A stretch of 64,000 nt of DNA. It comes from an uncultured Chloroflexia bacterium (GTDB lineage Bacteria > Chloroflexota > Dehalococcoidia > UBA2979). Below, piece by piece: positions 41,439-51,682 of this stretch. Both the position numbers and the translations under genes were made by a program. The notes below the pieces were generated by a model. That model had not been told where the DNA came from. It made no database searches and worked only from the letters and a program-made list of their open reading frames with translations. The stretch covers positions 448,001 to 512,000 of the forward strand of contig CAVSIV010000006.1 of NCBI GenBank assembly GCA_963728205.1, written 5' to 3'. Position 1 is the stretch's first letter; the number at the start of each line of letters is the position of its first letter.

Positions 41439-41464
41439 GCGGCGGCAGACATGCCGCCGACAGG
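41436..41464 (+). repeat. Single REP (family A) overlapping a TAA stop
   Basis: TAAG-CGGCGGCA-GACA-TGCCGCCG-ACAG. Confidence 0.85.
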
Positions 41465-41495
41465 CGCGCGCGGCACGCGCGCCTGCTCGCGGCCG

Positions 41496-41581
41496 CGGAC
41501 ACGATGCGCGGCGGCCACACGCGCCTCCCGCTCTGGCCCCGGACACGACGCGCGGCGGCCACACGCGCCTCCCGCCGGCCC
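41496..41581. repeat. Two-unit ~44-bp tandem repeat
   Basis: GGACACGAYGCGCGGCGGCCACACGCGCCTCCCGC occurs twice. Confidence 0.65.
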
Positions 41582-41800
41582 CGCACGCGCCGTGGACCAC
41601 GGTGCTACCGTGGCGCCGGCGTCGTCGCGGCCATGCCGCGCGGGTCGCCGCACACCGGGCCGGCGCACGCAGCCCCGCCCTCACGCGGGCGGGGCAGACC
41701 GGACCGCTCCCATGCCAGCCGCTGCCGCTCGTCTCGACCGTCGCCGCCTCACCCCGTCGCCACCGCCACCCCCGCCGGGGACGCTGCGGGGAGGTGCGCC

Positions 41801-42953
41801 ATGCGCCGCCTGATCGTCCTCGAGGACGGGACCTGGGACGACCCCTCGGCGGGGACCAACGTCGCGAAGCTGCGCGACGCCATCGCCGAGCGCCCGGACC
41901 AGCTGGTGTTCTACGACGTCGGGGTGGGCGCGCAATCGCAGCGCGGCATCCGGCAGGGGTGGCTCAAGAACACGCTCGACCACCTTGGCGGCGGCGCGTT
42001 CGGGGCCGGGCTGTCCGGGAACGTGCAGGAGGCGTACCGCTGGCTCGTCGAGCAGTACGAGCCGGGCGACGAGCTCTGGTTCTTCGGCTTCAGCCGCGGC
42101 GCGTTCACCGTGCGGTCCACCGCCGGCTTCATCCGCAAGGTCGGCCTCCTGCCGCGGCCGCTCGACGACCGCACACTGAGGGCCGCGTACGACCTCTACC
42201 GGCGTCGCGACCCGACGCCCGACATGCCCGACGTGATCCGGTTCCGCTCCGACCACGGCTCGCGGCCGATGGACGAGCTCACGCTGCAGTTCGTGGGCGT
42301 ATGGGACACGGTCGGCGCGCTCGGCATCCCCGGCCTGCTGGTCGGTGCGATCTCGCGCATGCGGTGGGGGTTCCACGACCAGCGGCTGAGCTCGCACGTC
42401 CGTCACGCCTGCCAGGCGCTGGCCGTCGACGAGCTGCGCGCGGCGTTCCTCGCGGCGATCTGGACGAACGAGCCGGCGCCCGGGCAGGAGGTCGAGCAGC
42501 GCTGGTTCGTCGGCGGGCACGGCGACGTCGGCGGCCGCCACGCCGATCACGCGTACCACTGGATGGCGCGCAAGGCCGAGGCGGCGGGGCTCGTGTTCCG
42601 CGAGCCCGTCGCGGGCTGGCCGCCGCCCGCCGCACCACCCGTCCGCGAGCGCGAGCTGAGCAGCGCTGTTCTGGCGGATCGGCGGCGGGGGGGCGCTGCG
42701 GCCCGTCGGCACCGGCGCCGCGCAGTGCATCGACGAGAGCGTCACGGCGCTGCGGGCGAACACGAGCGCGGCGTACGGGCCGGAGAACCTCGTCGCGCTG
42801 GCGGGCGGCTCGCCGCTGCTCCGGCCGCGCGGCAGTCACTGGTGGTACACGCTGCCCGGCGCGAACGCGTACTACCTGCACCAGTACGTGCAGGCGGAGG
42901 GGGCTGCCGCCGACGCCGGCCCCGGCGCGTCCTCGGCACCGACGGCTCCCTGA
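41801..42953 (+). CDS. DUF2235 (Tle1-like) alpha/beta hydrolase or phospholipase (frameshift ~42660)
   Basis: RLIVLEDGTW, TNV, YEPGDE..FFGFSRGAFTVR, VGVWDTVGALG, ALAVDELR, WFVGGHGDVGG. Confidence 0.9.
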
Positions 42954-42966
42954 GGCGGAAACGCCC

Positions 42967-42994
42967 ACAGCGGCGGCAGATCTGCCGCCGACAG
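42967..42994 (+). repeat. Single REP (family A)
   Basis: ACAG-CGGCGGCA-GATC-TGCCGCCG-ACAG. Confidence 0.85.
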
Positions 42995-43162
42995 CTCCGC
43001 GCGTGCCCGCGCGGCCACGCGCGGGTCACGCGCGCCGACACGCCGCGCGGCCACGCTCTCGGGTGTGCGCGCGCCGCGACCGGACGTCGGCGCCACCGGG
43101 GCCCCGGCCGCTGGGCCGGCGCGAACGCCGGGCGTAACGCCCGCCGTTCGCCGGGGGCGGGG

Positions 43163-44359
43163 TCAGGCGCGGCCGGCCTCCAGCGCGACGACCAGGTCCA
43201 GCAGTTCGCCCGCCTCCCAGGCGCGATTGTGCGGCGAGCCGGTGAGCGCGCTGACGATGCCGGCGCGTTCGAGCTGCGCGATCGCGTGCGCGACGGCCGG
43301 GCGCGTGCGGCCGGTCGCGGCGGCAACGACCGCGGGGGTGAGCACCGGGTGCGCCGGGAAGCGCGTCGATCAGCGCCCACGCCGCGGCGTCGCTGCGGGG
43401 CGGACCACGGCGTCGCGCAGCCGAGCGCGCCAGTCCTCCTGCAGCGCGACGACGCGCTCCGCGTAGTGGCGCGCCAGCGTGGCGGCGCGCGCAGCGGCGG
43501 TGGCGAACACGGCGACCCAGTCGGCCGGACGGTCGTCGCGGAAGGCCGTGAGGCCGTCCACGTACGCCCGGCGATTGCGCGCGAGCATCACGCTGATCGG
43601 GGGCACGTACGACGGAGCGAGGCCGCGCCGGCGGAGGAGCACCTGCACGAGCGCGCGGCCGGTGCGGCCGTTGCCGTCCTCGAAGGGGTGGATGGTCTCG
43701 AACTGTGCGTGCGCGATCGCCGCGTGCACCAGCGGCGGGAGCGACTCGTCCGCGCAGAACGCGCACAGGTCGTCGAGGAGACGGAGGATCTCTTCGGGCG
43801 GCGGTGGGACGAAGTCGGCGCCGCACGGGTTGTAGTCGTTGCCGCCGATCCAGTTCTGCGCGGTCGCGAAAGCGCCCGGCGGCGAGGCCTCGCCGGTCGC
43901 CCGACAGCAGGGCAGCGTGGATGCGCAGCAGCGCGTCGGGGCGGACGCGCGCGGCCGCGACCTCTTCGATGGCGAACTCCATCGCGTCGACGTTCGCGAG
44001 GATCTCGGCGGCCTCGCGCCGACGCGCCGGCCCGTCTCCTGGTTCGCCTCGGCGCGCGCGAGGCGGCGGGCGTCGACCTGGAGGCCCTCGACCTTCGAGG
44101 ACGCGATCGACTCGGTGCGGAGCAGGAGCCGGCCGAGGGGCGCGAGCGCCCGGCGGCGGTGACGTTGAGCTCGGCGATGGCGCGCTCGGCGTCGGAGACC
44201 AGGCCGGCGACGTCGCCGGGCAGGTGCAGCTCGAACCCGGCGACGCAGCGCGGGAACGAACGCCTCGTAGGTGCACGCGCGGCGGTAGCGCGGCGGGCGC
44301 GTAGAGCGCCGGGTCGTGCTGCCAGTTGCGGTGGACGAGCGTGCCGCGCAGGCGGGCAT
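43163..44359 (-). CDS. Fic-family protein with C-terminal HTH (several frameshifts)
   Basis: LLRTESIASSKVEG, QNWIGG, canonical HPFEDGNGRTGR, C-terminal winged HTH. Confidence 0.9.
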
Positions 44360-44381
44360 CCTTTCGCGGGGCGGTGCGGAT

Positions 44382-44460
44382 CGAAAGGATATGTGAACAT
44401 CCTTTCGGTTCGCATCCTTCCACACGGCGCGACGGATGTAAAGGATAGCGAATCATCCTT
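44382..44460. promoter_or_regulatory. Two AAGGAT-N8-ATCCTT operators upstream of fic
   Basis: CGAAAGGAT-N8-ATCCTTTCG (44382-44407) and AAGGAT-N8-ATCCTT (44441-44460). Confidence 0.7.
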
Positions 44461-44537
44461 GCGGTCGGTGGCGATCTGCGCGACCGGCGGGCGTTACGCC
44501 CGGCGTTCGCCGAGGGCGCGCGACCGGCGGGCGGGCG

Positions 44538-46007
44538 TTACACCCAGCGCTCGCCCCATATGGGCGCGTCGTGGTCGAGCGGGACCGCGGGGCGGCGCCA
44601 GTGTGGCGGCGTCTCGGAGAGGCGCAGCGCGGGCGCGAGGTGGTGCAGCACGCCGGCGGGCGATCGCGACGTCGTCATCAGCCGCGCCAGCACGTCGTCG
44701 GGGAGCTCGCGGGGCGCGGCGAGCGCCTCCTCGGCCGGGACGGGCGGCTGCGCGGCGAGCCAGCGCGCCGTGCGCGCGAGCGAGACGCGCACGAGCCACG
44801 AGCCACCCTCGTCGGCGCGACGCGCGAGCGCGGCCATCGCGCCGGCGGCGGCGAGGTAGCCCGTGAGGTAGTCGAGCGCGGAGACGGGGAGCAGGCGGGG
44901 GCGGCCGTCGACGCCGCCGGTGAGCGCGCCGTGCTCGGCGGCGAGGCCGGAGACGCACTGCACGAGGGTGTCGAAGCCGCGGCGCGCGGCCCACGGACCT
45001 TCGTGGCCGAAGGCGCTGAGCGTGACGTAGACGATGCCGGGGCGGAGCGCGGCGATCGCCTCGGGAGCGAGGCCGCGGGCGGCGAGCGTGCCGGGGCGGT
45101 AGCCCTGCGAGAAGACGTCGGCGTCGCGCGCGAGGTCGCGCAGGGCGGCGACGCCCGCGTCCGTGGCGAGGTCGAGCACGGCGGAGCGCTTGCCGTGGCC
45201 GGTGTCGAGCGTCTGGCCGAGCGGGCTCGCGAGGTGCGGCGCGCCGATGCGGAGGACGTCGGCGCCGTGTTCGGCGAGCGTGCGCGCGGCGGTGGGGCCG
45301 GCGAGCACGCGGGTGAGGTCGAGCGCGCGCACGCCGGAGAGCGGGCCCGCGTCGCCGCCGTCCATCTCGCCGGCATCGGCCGTGTGGCCATCGAGCGCCG
45401 GGAGCGGCTCGGGCGGCGCGTCGCCGATGCGTCGCACCTCGAGCAGCGGCAGCGCGGCGACGGCGCGGCCCTGCGGGTGCGCGTTCCACTCGGCCTCGCT
45501 GCGCACGAGCCCCGCGCATGCCCCGGCCGCGACGACCGCCTCCTCGAGCGCGGCCCCGTCCCACCCGAGGGCGGCGGCCGCGACGCGCTCGACCTCGGGC
45601 TTGCAGCCGAGCACGTCGAGCGTGCGCGCCTGGTGGTGGGGGAAGTGGCAGTGGAGATAGACGCGGCGGCCGTCGCGTGTCGGGTAGATGCCGGTGACGT
45701 CGGGCGGCTCGGCGAACGGCTCGAGCGCGCCGCCCGGGCGCTCGACGCGCAGGTAGGTGTTCGAGCGCATCGCGGCGGCCGCCGAGGGCACGTCGATCGC
45801 GACCGACTGCCGCCGGCCGGTGCGCCGCCGCCACAGCGCCGAGGCCGCGACCCCGCACGCGGCGATGGCGGCGGCACCGGTCTCGCCGGCGCGCGGGAGG
45901 AGCGGGAAGACGGGGTCGGCGCCATGGATGTCGATGGCGGCGGCCTCGTCGGCGGAGAGGCCGGCGTCGGCGAGGATGTCGGCGAGCAGGGCGGCGGGAG
46001 CGGGCAT
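44538..46007 (-). CDS. Family III CoA-transferase (CaiB/BaiF)
   Basis: PLSGVRALDLTRVLAGP, GADVLRI, GKRSAVLDL, ADVFSQGYRPG, RRGFD. Confidence 0.9.
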   Translation of the reverse strand: MPAPAALLADILADAGLSADEAAAIDIHGADPVFPLLPRAGETGAAAIAACGVAASALWRRRTGRRQSVAIDVPSAAAAMRSNTYLRVERPGGALEPFAEPPDVTGIYPTRDGRRVYLHCHFPHHQARTLDVLGCKPEVERVAAAALGWDGAALEEAVVAAGACAGLVRSEAEWNAHPQGRAVAALPLLEVRRIGDAPPEPLPALDGHTADAGEMDGGDAGPLSGVRALDLTRVLAGPTAARTLAEHGADVLRIGAPHLASPLGQTLDTGHGKRSAVLDLATDAGVAALRDLARDADVFSQGYRPGTLAARGLAPEAIAALRPGIVYVTLSAFGHEGPWAARRGFDTLVQCVSGLAAEHGALTGGVDGRPRLLPVSALDYLTGYLAAAGAMAALARRADEGGSWLVRVSLARTARWLAAQPPVPAEEALAAPRELPDDVLARLMTTSRSPAGVLHHLAPALRLSETPPHWRRPAVPLDHDAPIWGERWV

Positions 46008-46233
46008 CGGCGTGCCTTCGGGCGACCGGGGGCGTGCGAGCGAGCATACGCGAGCGTGGCGGCGCGCGGCTCGGGCACGGCCGGCGTTGGGCCGGCCACG
46101 GCCGACAGGCAGAGGCGGCCACTTCCACGACGCGCCTGAGGCTCGCCGCGCGCCCGTGGCGAGCGCGGGCTCGCTCGCCCCGGACGGCGCGCGATAATGG
46201 TGGGACGCACCACGCGACCGAAGGACATGCACG

Positions 46234-46740
46234 TTGAGCCGCATCCCGCCCGTCCCGGAATGGGCCCGACGACTCGTCGAGCGCGCCTGCGCGTCGGAGG
46301 GCGCAAGCGGCCTGCCCGTCATCGAGTGGGGCACGGCCCGCGGCTCGAGCCGCCGCGTGCGGCTGGAGGGCGGCCTTCGCACTTATGTCGTGGACTACGC
46401 GCAGCTCAGCCACGGCGAGACGCGCCAGGAGCCCGGGCAGGAGGCGATCAAGCTCTGGGCGGGGCCGGACGAGCGGGATGCCCGCGTCGTCCTCCTGCAC
46501 GAGCTCGCCCACTGGCTGACCGGCGACCTCCACACGCCGCGTTTCTGGGACTGCGCGTGGCGCCTCTACCGCCGCTACATGCGCAACGACCTCGACTACG
46601 CGCTCGCCCGCGAGGCGGAGTACCGGGTGGAGGCGATCAAGGCCGCCGCCCGCGCCGGCGTCCCGGGTGCGCAGCCGATGCTGGAGCGTCGCAGGCGCCG
46701 GCAGGGGCGCTCGCGGGTGGCGGCGCACACGAACCCGTAG
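46234..46740 (+). CDS. Small zincin-like HExxH protein (SprT/YgjP-like)
   Basis: VVLLHELAHWL..DLHTPRFW. Confidence 0.6.
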   Translation: MSRIPPVPEWARRLVERACASEGASGLPVIEWGTARGSSRRVRLEGGLRTYVVDYAQLSHGETRQEPGQEAIKLWAGPDERDARVVLLHELAHWLTGDLHTPRFWDCAWRLYRRYMRNDLDYALAREAEYRVEAIKAAARAGVPGAQPMLERRRRRQGRSRVAAHTNP

Positions 46741-46768
46741 GGCGGGACGGCGGCGGGCGCCGCCGCGC

Positions 46769-47683
46769 CTACCCGATCTCGAAGCGCGCGAACTCCTCGT
46801 CGGGGAGGTCGCTCGGCACGGGGTGCAGCGGGCCGCGGAAGACGCGGTCGGGGCGCTCGGGGTCGGCGACGGTGACGCGACCGGCGTCGGCGAGCGAGCG
46901 CACGGCGCGGTCGGCGGCGAAGGGGTCGAACAGCACCGGCATGCCGAGCCGGGTGCGGAACGGCGAACGCGAGCGCGGCACGGGGCCCCACACCAGCTCG
47001 CGCTCCCAGCGATGCAGCCGGCCGAGCGCACCGTCGAACGACGGCTGAGGGAAGCGGTGGTCGATCTCCGCGATCAGCCGCTGGCCGAGCGTGTCGCCGT
47101 GCGCGAGGTCAATCGACACGCGCTCGATGCCCCCGACGGCCCCCGGCTCGCTCCATCGCACCCACGTCCCGAACAGCGAGCGCAGCAGCGCGACAACCGG
47201 CGTCGTCTCCCACCACGCCGGGTCGTCGCGCGCGTCCTCGGCGGGCGCGACGCGCAGCGTGGCGAGCGACGCGTCAACCATGCGCCGCGCCCACGGCCCG
47301 GCCGGATCGGTGAGGTCGCACCCGGGGAGCGACGGCTCGACGAGCAGGAAGGTGTTGGCGTACGTCGAGCCCCAGTCGACGACCAGGTGCGCCTCGTCGT
47401 CGTCGAGCGTGCGGAGCGAGACGACGACGGTGAGCTCGCCCTGGTCGACCTGCTCGCGCGACGCGAGGTAGGCGTCCCACGCGGCGGAGCCGCGCAGCGA
47501 GACGCGCCCGAGGCGGCGCGCCGGTCGCGCGGCGAGCGGCACGTCGTAGACGACCCCGCGCGCGACCCCGGCGAGATGGCGCAGCGCGCCGAGCAGCAGG
47601 CGCTGCTCGGGCGTCGACGGCGCGCCGGCGGGCGGCGCGTCCGCACCCGGCTGTCGCGCGATCGCCGGTGGGCGCTTCCACAT
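46769..47683 (-). CDS. Hypothetical protein
   Basis: GGAGG-preceded ATG, protein-like composition, no confident family. Confidence 0.55.
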   Translation of the reverse strand: MWKRPPAIARQPGADAPPAGAPSTPEQRLLLGALRHLAGVARGVVYDVPLAARPARRLGRVSLRGSAAWDAYLASREQVDQGELTVVVSLRTLDDDEAHLVVDWGSTYANTFLLVEPSLPGCDLTDPAGPWARRMVDASLATLRVAPAEDARDDPAWWETTPVVALLRSLFGTWVRWSEPGAVGGIERVSIDLAHGDTLGQRLIAEIDHRFPQPSFDGALGRLHRWERELVWGPVPRSRSPFRTRLGMPVLFDPFAADRAVRSLADAGRVTVADPERPDRVFRGPLHPVPSDLPDEEFARFEIG

Positions 47684-47739
47684 CCCTCGACGGCCCTCCT
47701 TCTCGCGAAGCAGGATAGGCCCGGCGTGGTGCGCGGACG

Positions 47740-47943
47740 TTAACGCCCGCGGCGCCCGCGCGGCCCGAACAGCCCGAAGAACGGCGAACCGGTGCCAATC
47801 AGGTAGCCGAAGTCGTACCAGTTGCCGGCGCGAGCGGTGTTGAAGAACGGGAACTCGTGCCACCCGCCGAGCACGTGCACGATGAGCACCAGCCATGCGG
47901 TGGCACCGTTCCACACGCCCCAGAGCAAGTCCTGCCACCACAT
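47740..47943 (-). CDS. Small membrane protein (GxWNG...GNWYDFG)
   Basis: GGAGG RBS, Trp-rich hydrophobic 67-aa ORF. Confidence 0.65.
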   Translation of the reverse strand: MWWQDLLWGVWNGATAWLVLIVHVLGGWHEFPFFNTARAGNWYDFGYLIGTGSPFFGLFGPRGRRGR

Positions 47944-47971
47944 CGTCGGTTCCTCCCTCGGCACACCGGCT

Positions 47972-48138
47972 CGTCGCAAGCGGCGACAGACACGCCGCCG
48001 ATGTTCGGCGGGCGGGCGCCCGCCCCGGCGGCCGGCACCGCGTTCGCCGATGGTACCGACGGCGACCGGTCGCGGTGTGAACGCGTGGGCGTCGCCGCCC
48101 ACCCGACATCGGCGGCGTGTTTGCCGCCGCTTACGACG
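47972..48138. repeat. Long REPIN doublet (RAYT-proximal subtype)
   Basis: CGTCGCAAGCGGCGACAGACACGCCGCCGAT and inverted ATCGGCGGCGTGTTTGCCGCCGCTTACGACG. Confidence 0.85.
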
Positions 48139-48365
48139 GGTCTTCGTTCAGGCCGCTCAGCGCGTTCGCGATCGCGAGCCAGGCCGCGGCGCGGATCCGA
48201 CGGTCCTCGGGCTGCATCGGGTCGGCGGCGACGGCGCGGAAGGCGGCCCATGCGTCGGCCGGTTCCAGGTCGCAGAACGCCTCGATGATCTCGACCGGCG
48301 TCCACTCGTCGCCGTCGCCCCCGCCGGCGTCCTCGCCGCCGCCCGCCCGCGCCGCGAAACACCAT
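48131..48365 (-). CDS. Small hypothetical protein (probable frameshift near the 5' end)
   Basis: EWTPVEIIEAFCDLEPADAW...RAAAWLAIANAL. The TAA stop is supplied by the REP. Confidence 0.4.
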
Positions 48366-48369
48366 CGCG

Positions 48370-49248
48370 CTACAGCCCCGCGACCTGCGGGATGACCTTC
48401 GTCGCCATCGCCTCCATCACACGCGGGTCCTCGGCGCCGAGCAGGCCGCCCATTGCGACCTCGACGCCGACCTCGGCGAAGCGGCCGAGCCGGTCGACGG
48501 TCTCCGCGGCGCGCTCGCCGTTCGGTCCCGGGTCGAAGCGCGTCACCATCGAGCGCTCGATGGTCGACGGGTCGCGGCCCTCCTCCTCGCAGCGTTCGTC
48601 GAGCACCTCCAGCAGGTGCCCGGTGTCCTCGGGGTTCGTGCTGCGCACGTTGCACTGGTCGGCGTAGCGCGCGACGAGCCGCAGCGTCTTGCGCTCGCCG
48701 CTGCCGGCGACGAGCAGCTTCGGGTGCGGCCGCTGGATCGGCTGCGGCACGCAGAGGGTTTCCTCGAGCTGGTAGTGCTTCCCGTGGTACGGGCCGTTGT
48801 CGTCGGACCACATCTGCAGGCAAATCTGGATCGTCTCCTCGAGCCGCTCGAAGCGCTCCTTGAGCGGCGGGAACGGGATGCCGAGCCCGTGGTGCTCGCG
48901 CTCGAACCATGCCGCGCCGAGCCCGGCCCACGCGCGGCCGCCCGACAGCACGTCGAGCCCCGTGATCTGCTTCGCGAGGAAGCCGGGGTAGCGATAGGTG
49001 ATGCCGGTGGTGAGCACGCCGAGCCCGACGCGCGAGGTGCGCGCGGCGATGTACCCGAGCAGCCCGTAGGCCTCGAACATCTCGTGCTCGGCCGGGCCGA
49101 CGTTGGGGATCTGGAAGTAGTGGTCCATCACCGAGATGCGGTCGAAGCCGGCCGCCTCCGCGCCGGTCACGATCTCGTCGAGCTTCGCCGCGAACCCGGC
49201 GGGCTCCACGCCGAAGGTCAGGTTCGCGAGGTGGATGCCGAGCTTCAC
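48370..49248 (-). CDS. LLM-class putative F420-dependent oxidoreductase
   Basis: AEAAGFDRISVMDHYFQI, LDVLSGGRAWAGLGAAWFEREH, GSGERKTLRLVARYAD. Confidence 0.9.
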   Translation of the reverse strand: MKLGIHLANLTFGVEPAGFAAKLDEIVTGAEAAGFDRISVMDHYFQIPNVGPAEHEMFEAYGLLGYIAARTSRVGLGVLTTGITYRYPGFLAKQITGLDVLSGGRAWAGLGAAWFEREHHGLGIPFPPLKERFERLEETIQICLQMWSDDNGPYHGKHYQLEETLCVPQPIQRPHPKLLVAGSGERKTLRLVARYADQCNVRSTNPEDTGHLLEVLDERCEEEGRDPSTIERSMVTRFDPGPNGERAAETVDRLGRFAEVGVEVAMGGLLGAEDPRVMEAMATKVIPQVAGL

Positions 49249-49303
49249 GCGGCCGCCCTTCTGTCGCAGGTGGGGGACGCGCGTCAGGGTACAGCGACAA
49301 CAA

Positions 49304-49551
49304 CGCTTCGAGCCGGAGCGAGCGACGGGATCTCGCCGACGCGCACCCGTCCGGCGAGGGACGCTCAGCCGGAGCGGAGCGACGGGATCGTCGCCCCACG
49401 CGCACCCGTCCGGCGAGGGACGCCGAGCCCGGAGCGGGAGCGACGGATGTCCCCACAACCGTCCGGCGAGCGACCAGTCGCGCGCGGGGGCGGCGCGCCG
49501 CCCGCGAGGCGAAGGGGGCGATCCGATCGCTCCCGATCCCGGCTCGAAGCG
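49304..49551. repeat. Second REP-like family (B): three tandem ~57-bp units and an inverted copy
   Basis: AGCC(C)GGAGCG(G)AGCGACGG...CCGTCCGGCGAG occurs three times, with an inverted ...CCGGCTCGAAGCG at the right end. Confidence 0.75.
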
Positions 49552-49615
49552 ATGCCCGCGCGCTCCTTCGCCCTAGACTCTCCGCACTCCAGGTACCCAG
49601 CAGGAGGCGGACACG

Positions 49616-50476
49616 ATGCGCGCACCCTACGGACCGGCCGGCGGCTACGAGACGATCGAGGTGGAGCGCGAGGGCCGCGTCGGCATCGTGCACTGGAACC
49701 GCCCCGAGACGCTCAACGCGTTCAACAACACGATGTACGCCGAGTGGATCGAGGCGTACGACGCCTTCAACGCCGACCCGTCCATCGGCGCGGTCGTCTG
49801 CACCGGCAACGGCCGCGCGTACAGCTCGGGCGCCGACATCGGCGGCTTCGAGCGCTCGTTCACCGGCGCGGAGGCGCCGGTCGAGAAGCACCCGCCGCAC
49901 GCCGCGTTCGAACCCTGGTACATGGCGGACGGCAAGCCGACGGTGGCGGCGGTCAACGGGGTCGCGATCGGCATTGGATTCACGTCGATCCTCTGGTACG
50001 ACGCGATCGTCGCGTCGACGCAGGCGCGGTTCTCGGCGCGCTTCGCGGCAATCGGGCTGACGCCGGAGCTCTCGAGCTCGTGGCTGCTGCCGCGGCTGAT
50101 CGGCCTGCAGCGCGCGAAGGAGATGATGCTGACCGGCCGCATCTGGAGCGCGCAGGAGTCGCGCGACCTCGGCCTCGTGCGCGAAGTGGTGGAGCCGGAC
50201 GAGCTGGTACCGCGCGCGGTCGCGCTGGCCGCGGAGATCGCGGCGAACCCGGAGCCGACGCTGCGCGTGATCAAGCGGATGCTGATGGAGGACCTGGTCG
50301 CGACCGACCTCAGCACGATCGAGCGGCGCTCGGCGGAGCACTTCGCGGCGGGGCGCCGCACCGCCGAGCACCGCGAGGCGCTCTTCGCGCTGCGCGACCA
50401 TCGCCCGCCGCGCTACCACGACGACGAGTACATGGCCGACCTCGCGGCGCGGCTCGCGCGCGGCGAGCACGTGTAG
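49616..50476 (+). CDS. Enoyl-CoA hydratase/isomerase family protein
   Basis: NRPETLNA, TGNGRAYSSGADI, KPTVAAVNGVAIG, LPRLIG..RAKEMMLTG. Confidence 0.9.
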   Translation: MRAPYGPAGGYETIEVEREGRVGIVHWNRPETLNAFNNTMYAEWIEAYDAFNADPSIGAVVCTGNGRAYSSGADIGGFERSFTGAEAPVEKHPPHAAFEPWYMADGKPTVAAVNGVAIGIGFTSILWYDAIVASTQARFSARFAAIGLTPELSSSWLLPRLIGLQRAKEMMLTGRIWSAQESRDLGLVREVVEPDELVPRAVALAAEIAANPEPTLRVIKRMLMEDLVATDLSTIERRSAEHFAAGRRTAEHREALFALRDHRPPRYHDDEYMADLAARLARGEHV

Positions 50477-50484
50477 ACCGGGTG

Positions 50485-50523
50485 GCTTCGAGCCCGGAGC
50501 GGCAGCGACGGGATCGCACCGTC
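50485..50523 (+). repeat. Single family-B REP-like unit
   Basis: GCTTCGAGCCCGGAGCGGCAGCGACGGGATC closely matches 49305-49332. Confidence 0.75.
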
Positions 50524-50614
50524 ACCGGCACTGGTGCACCGCCCCGGCCGCCGCCGCTCGCGGCTCGCCTCCGGCCCCGCTAGAGTCCCCACCGCAGCGG
50601 GAAGGCAACGCGCC

Positions 50615-51406
50615 ATGCAGCACCGCGAGGGCCACTTCACCGGCCTCAAGGACTTCAACCTCTACTACCAGTGCTGGCTGCCCGACGGCCCGCCCCGCGC
50701 GGTCCTGCTCATCGCGCACGGCTACGCCGAGCACAGCGGGCGCTACGGCAACGTCGTCGACCACTTCGTCCCGAAGGGCTACGCGGTGTACGCGCTCGAC
50801 CACCGCGGGCACGGCCGCTCCGACGGCGAGCGCGTGCAGGTCGACCACTTCTCGGACTACACGACCGACCTGAAGACGTTCTTCGACCTCGTCCGCGGCG
50901 AGCAGCCCGGCGCGAAGGTGTTCCTGGTCGGCCACAGCATGGGGTCGACGATCAGCCTGGCGTACGTGCTGGAGCACCAGGACGAGCTCGCGGGGCTCGT
51001 GCTCTCCGGCGGCGGCGTGTCGCGCCCCGGCGAGCCGCCCCCGCCGCCGCCCGCGCCGGGCGTGCCGCTCGACAGCGCGATGCTCAGCCGCGACCCCGCC
51101 GTGATCGCTGCCTACGAAGACGACCCGCTGGTCTACCGCGGACCGCGGCCCGACCGCTCCGGCTCGGGCATGGACCGGCTGCGCGACGAGTTGCCGACGC
51201 TCGTGCGCGACATCCGCCTGCCGATCCTGATCATGGCCGGCACCGGCGTGCGCGACGGCGAGCGCAGCGCGACGCTGCACGAGCTGGTCGGCTCCGCCGA
51301 CAAGACGCTCGAGCTGTACGACGGCCTGAAGCACGAGATTTTCAACGAGCCGGAGCGCGCGCAGGTGCTGGCCGACATGGAGCGGTGGATCGAGGCGCGG
51401 CTCTAG
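50615..51406 (+). CDS. Lysophospholipase / monoglyceride lipase (Hydrolase_4)
   Basis: HGYAEHSGRY, DHRGHGRS, GHSMG, YDGLKHEIFNEPER. Confidence 0.9.
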   Translation: MQHREGHFTGLKDFNLYYQCWLPDGPPRAVLLIAHGYAEHSGRYGNVVDHFVPKGYAVYALDHRGHGRSDGERVQVDHFSDYTTDLKTFFDLVRGEQPGAKVFLVGHSMGSTISLAYVLEHQDELAGLVLSGGGVSRPGEPPPPPPAPGVPLDSAMLSRDPAVIAAYEDDPLVYRGPRPDRSGSGMDRLRDELPTLVRDIRLPILIMAGTGVRDGERSATLHELVGSADKTLELYDGLKHEIFNEPERAQVLADMERWIEARL

Positions 51407-51682
51407 CACACGCTCCCGCCGCCCGCGCATGACTCGCGCCGAGCGGGGTATCCGGCGCGAACCATGCGGGGGTGGCGGGAGCGGCGGCGGCGCGTCGCCC
51501 GACTCGCGTCGAGCGGCAGCAGGGAGGCTGCCAATCCCTCCCACCCGCGTCGCCGTCCACGACCGCTCGCCGGTGCGCCCGGCGGCGCGCAGTCCGATCT
51601 CCTCCCGGGTCTCGCCACGAGCACGGCGCACCGGTCGGAGGGGATCGGCACCCTGCCGGCTGCCGCTCGAAACCGCCTCCGC

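Noticed and set aside
24033-44866. Very long Arg/Ala/Pro-rich ORFs (24033+, 27701+, 30330+, 37848-, most of 40043+)
   Set aside because: They are shadow frames of real genes in very high-GC DNA and have no motifs. Only the DUF2235 part of 40043+ is real.
49304-49475. Tandem repeats as CRISPR or a riboswitch
   Set aside because: The intervening sequences are near-identical, unit length is irregular, and no riboswitch consensus is recognisable.
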